Below are positions 31,167-34,007 of a stretch of DNA of 34,007 nucleotides, in pieces. Position 1 is the stretch's first letter. Each line of letters opens with the position of its first letter. Made by a program: the position numbers and the translations under genes. Under the pieces are notes generated by a model. It saw only the letters and a program-made list of their open reading frames with translations, was not told the DNA's origin and made no database searches. Origin of the DNA: Paraglomus brasilianum (lineage: Eukaryota); the NCBI GenBank assembly GCA_910592345.1, contig CAJVPI010000347.1:1-34007 (forward strand), written 5' to 3'.

Positions 31167-33711
31167 ATGTCGTTAACGTCAGGGGTTGTTAATAATCCAG
31201 CAATTGACAACTTGGTTCAATCCTCCTTGGAAAGCGAAAATGAACACTTAAGACTGAAATGGATTCCTTGCTCCGAAATTACCGACATAACGTCAAGTCC
31301 AATGGACAATGTCTACTACGCTAGTCGTTACAGAGTTAAGATAATGGTGCCATCACTTGGAATTGGCGAAGAATGTACGCCAACATTTGTGAGTGAGTTT
31401 GCAAGAATATACTCACTTCCAACACACAAGCACGATAGTAATAGCAACAACTTCAAAAGATATTCCACATGGCTTGAGAAACGCAACAGACTCATAAAGG
31501 GTTTTACCAAGGATGACGACAAGTACTATATGGTTGCTGATAGAAAGTTTTATCATTGTTACTCTCGATATGGATTCTGTTCTGCGTGTGGAATACTCCG
31601 ATGTAGTCCCGTGTGGTGTATCTGTGGACATAAACAATTATCCGATGGATGGACTAGCAACAATAACCAACTCGATGAGTTTATTAAGAAATCTCAATTA
31701 CAAACAAACTCACCAAATCATGCCTATTTGGAATGGATTCCAATCGATTGCATTATTGATTGGGTTGGACGTGGACTATCTGCTTATGCAGATGTTACAT
31801 TGATTCCACTTGAAATAACAGACGAGGCACATTATTTATATTATAACAAGGTAGATTATTTATTTGTGCGTCATGTTTATTGGATAATTATTGACTTATC
31901 ATTTCCACTAGTTATGTGATGAGCATCCAGATATTCTTACCACGAATGTTTGGGTTACCATCGGATTCACATATGATGTAAGTAAACAAAAGTATTGTCT
32001 AATAAAACACCGTTCTGGGGATGGATTATGTCTGGCGTGTATGGAGCAATTAGAACCTAAGATAAATGCATTCTGTTATGACTGTAAAGCACCAAGACCT
32101 ATCGACTGGACTACGGGCAACAAGTCATTGGACTCATTCATTATGGAGTCATGGAGTAATGTGAAGAATAAATACGATGCATATATACAATGGATAGAGT
32201 ATTCCCTATTGGTGAACGTACGAGAAATGAGCTCATTATGCAATGGATGCACACATACAACGGATTGGTTAGATCCGAAAACAAATGAATCTACACGTGT
32301 GACACTCAAGAAGATAGTTGACGGACAGGATGCTCAGTTATTTGATTTTCATCAGGTAAATTATTTCACCACAAATAGTATTAAGTATATATGCATCGCG
32401 TGTTTAACCGATGATTGTATTGTTTGCTCAAATAGCTAAATAAGGCATATCTGGAGATATTAACACCCGAGAATATTTGGATAATTGGGATTACTCAAGA
32501 GCCATCTACTCAAACATATTATTTAGTTTTCTACCATGAAATACGTCTGATATTGGACAAAATTATACTGCGTTATCATGTTAAGTATATTGATATGCAG
32601 TATGATGACTTTGATGAAATTAAAGAGATCGGATCTGGTGGTTATGGAACAGTCTATACTGCCAAGTATAAACTAGAGCATGAGTCAAAAACTGTTGTAC
32701 TCAAACGGTTAAGAATTTTGATCGGATGCCGGAATTATTTATTTCCGAGGTAACAATAATTAGTAGTATTATTAAAGTGGTATTTAATCTGACTTTGTAT
32801 GTATTTTATTTATTAGTTCAGAAATCATGCCAAGTGTTCAACATATGATTTCCTTGATATTTATGGAGTGACACAAGACCCAAAAACAAAAGAGTACTTG
32901 ATTGTGATGCAATATGCTAACAATGGTAGTCTTCTATCTTATTTGGATCAAAATATTAACAAATTGACATGGAGGATGAAATTGGATCATTTGAAGAATA
33001 TAGCAAGTTATCTGCACACTATTCATTACATGGGATTAGTGCATTGTGATCTACATGGTGGAAACATAGTTTTGCATGATTATGATGGTGATAATAATAC
33101 AGAATCATTAATCTGCGATCTTGGTCTCTCACGATCAGTGAATTCATGCGAGTCAAGTTCAACCATTCGAGGCGTTTTACCCTTTATTGCACCAGAAGTC
33201 TTCCATACTTGCAAATTTACTCAGAAATCAGATGTGTATTCTTTTGGTATCATTATGTATTTGGTTGCTACTGGTGAACCACCTTTTAGAGATAGAGAAT
33301 TCGATCGAGATTTAGTATGTGATATTATGGGCGGACTACGACCATCAATGCCTGATTCGGCACCAAAGGAATACAAGAAACTTGCCAAGCGGTGTTGTGA
33401 TGCTGATCCTGATAAGCGTCCAGATGCAGACACACTTTCTGATGATATTTATAAGTTTATTGAAAAGATTTCCAAGGATAATTCTGATGACAACACGTGG
33501 AATGCCGTTTATCATAATGATGTAAAACCTTTATCATGTCTCGAAAAGGAAAGTAAATACTCTAGTAAGCTCTTACTTACAGGAGAATTACCTAAACCAA
33601 GAAATATGGATTCAGCCGCAGGTATGCAGTTATATGTTGATACAAATGAAGTCAATTTACAATTTAACATCGTCCATTTCTTATAATTTAGGGACTCAAA
33701 CTCTTTTTTGA
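31167..33711 (+). pseudogene. TKL-family Ser/Thr/Tyr protein kinase with tandem degenerate N-terminal modules; 1-nt deletion near 32709 (pseudogene or sequence error)
   Basis: Exons 31167-31850, 31912-32355, 32436-32749, 32817-33621 and 33692-33711. Kinase motifs IGSGGYGTVY, VVLK, YGVTQDP, HCDLHGGN, ICDLGLS, GVLPFIAPE and DVYSFG. Exon 3 is 314 nt between phase-0 junctions; CGG TT AAG AAT TTT GAT restores KR(F)KNFD..ELFISE only if one base is added. Confidence 0.8.
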
Positions 33712-33933
33712 GTTAATTTGTAATTCGCGGGTTTATTCCTCTCCCAAATACGACATGCTTTCATGATGTCAATATGGTTGAGTAACAGGATTCTGAAATA
33801 AATCGCGCATGTTTACTGTTAACTGTTCTGAATATGTAAGAAAAATATATAGTACATTATTTATTACAAAGTAAATACCTAAAGTTTATGAAACTATTAT
33901 AATCGTTCTTGAATATGAATAAAATGCATACTA

Positions 33934-34007
33934 CAGTCAACTGCCGTTAATTCGACCGCCTCCGTTCCGGAGTCATCGGTCGAATTAACGCAAAGTCGAA
34001 TTAAACG
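33934..34007 (+). mobile_element. One end of a pogo/Tigger-type element or MITE, truncated by the window
   Basis: TA|CAGTCAACTGCCGTTAATTCGAC..., with a perfect 14-bp internal inverted repeat (33945-33958 and 33977-33990) and a repeated GTCGAATTAA sub-motif. TACAGTCAACTG is the reverse complement of 2469-2480. Confidence 0.7.

Noticed and set aside
1..33711. Whole window as one large mobile element bounded by direct repeats
   Set aside because: The flanking similarity is kinase coding sequence of a multigene family, the interior is housekeeping genes, and no recombinase, integrase or LTR features are visible.

Overview
AT-rich, intron-dense eukaryotic DNA, most consistent with a Mucoromycota fungus (Glomeromycotina- or Endogonales-like, inferred from the WTSGN-type tyrosine-kinase-like kinase family and short GT-AG introns). 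The window is bracketed by two same-strand paralogous TKL kinase genes, and both carry frame disruptions. Between them lie a TPR protein with a hydrophobic C-terminus, an F-box/LRR protein, an aldehyde dehydrogenase ending in PTS1 (AKL), ARP5, a SYAP1-like BSD protein with an N-terminal 9-aa repeat array, an AFG2B/SPATA5L1-like AAA ATPase, RPL38, a HAD hydrolase ending in SKF, and UTP25. RPL38 is absent from the ORF track, and only one exon of an 8-exon gene at 16950-18345(-) appears there. That gene fuses a thioredoxin domain with an atypical HCSYC active site to a DUF442/Blh-like domain that lacks its catalytic Cys, and it is the most unusual item here. Also present are several pogo/Tigger-type MITEs and remnants, a Tc1/mariner transposase relic, and a candidate 61-aa Met-Cys micropeptide gene behind an orphan promoter. 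All gene models were built by eye; no database searches were run.
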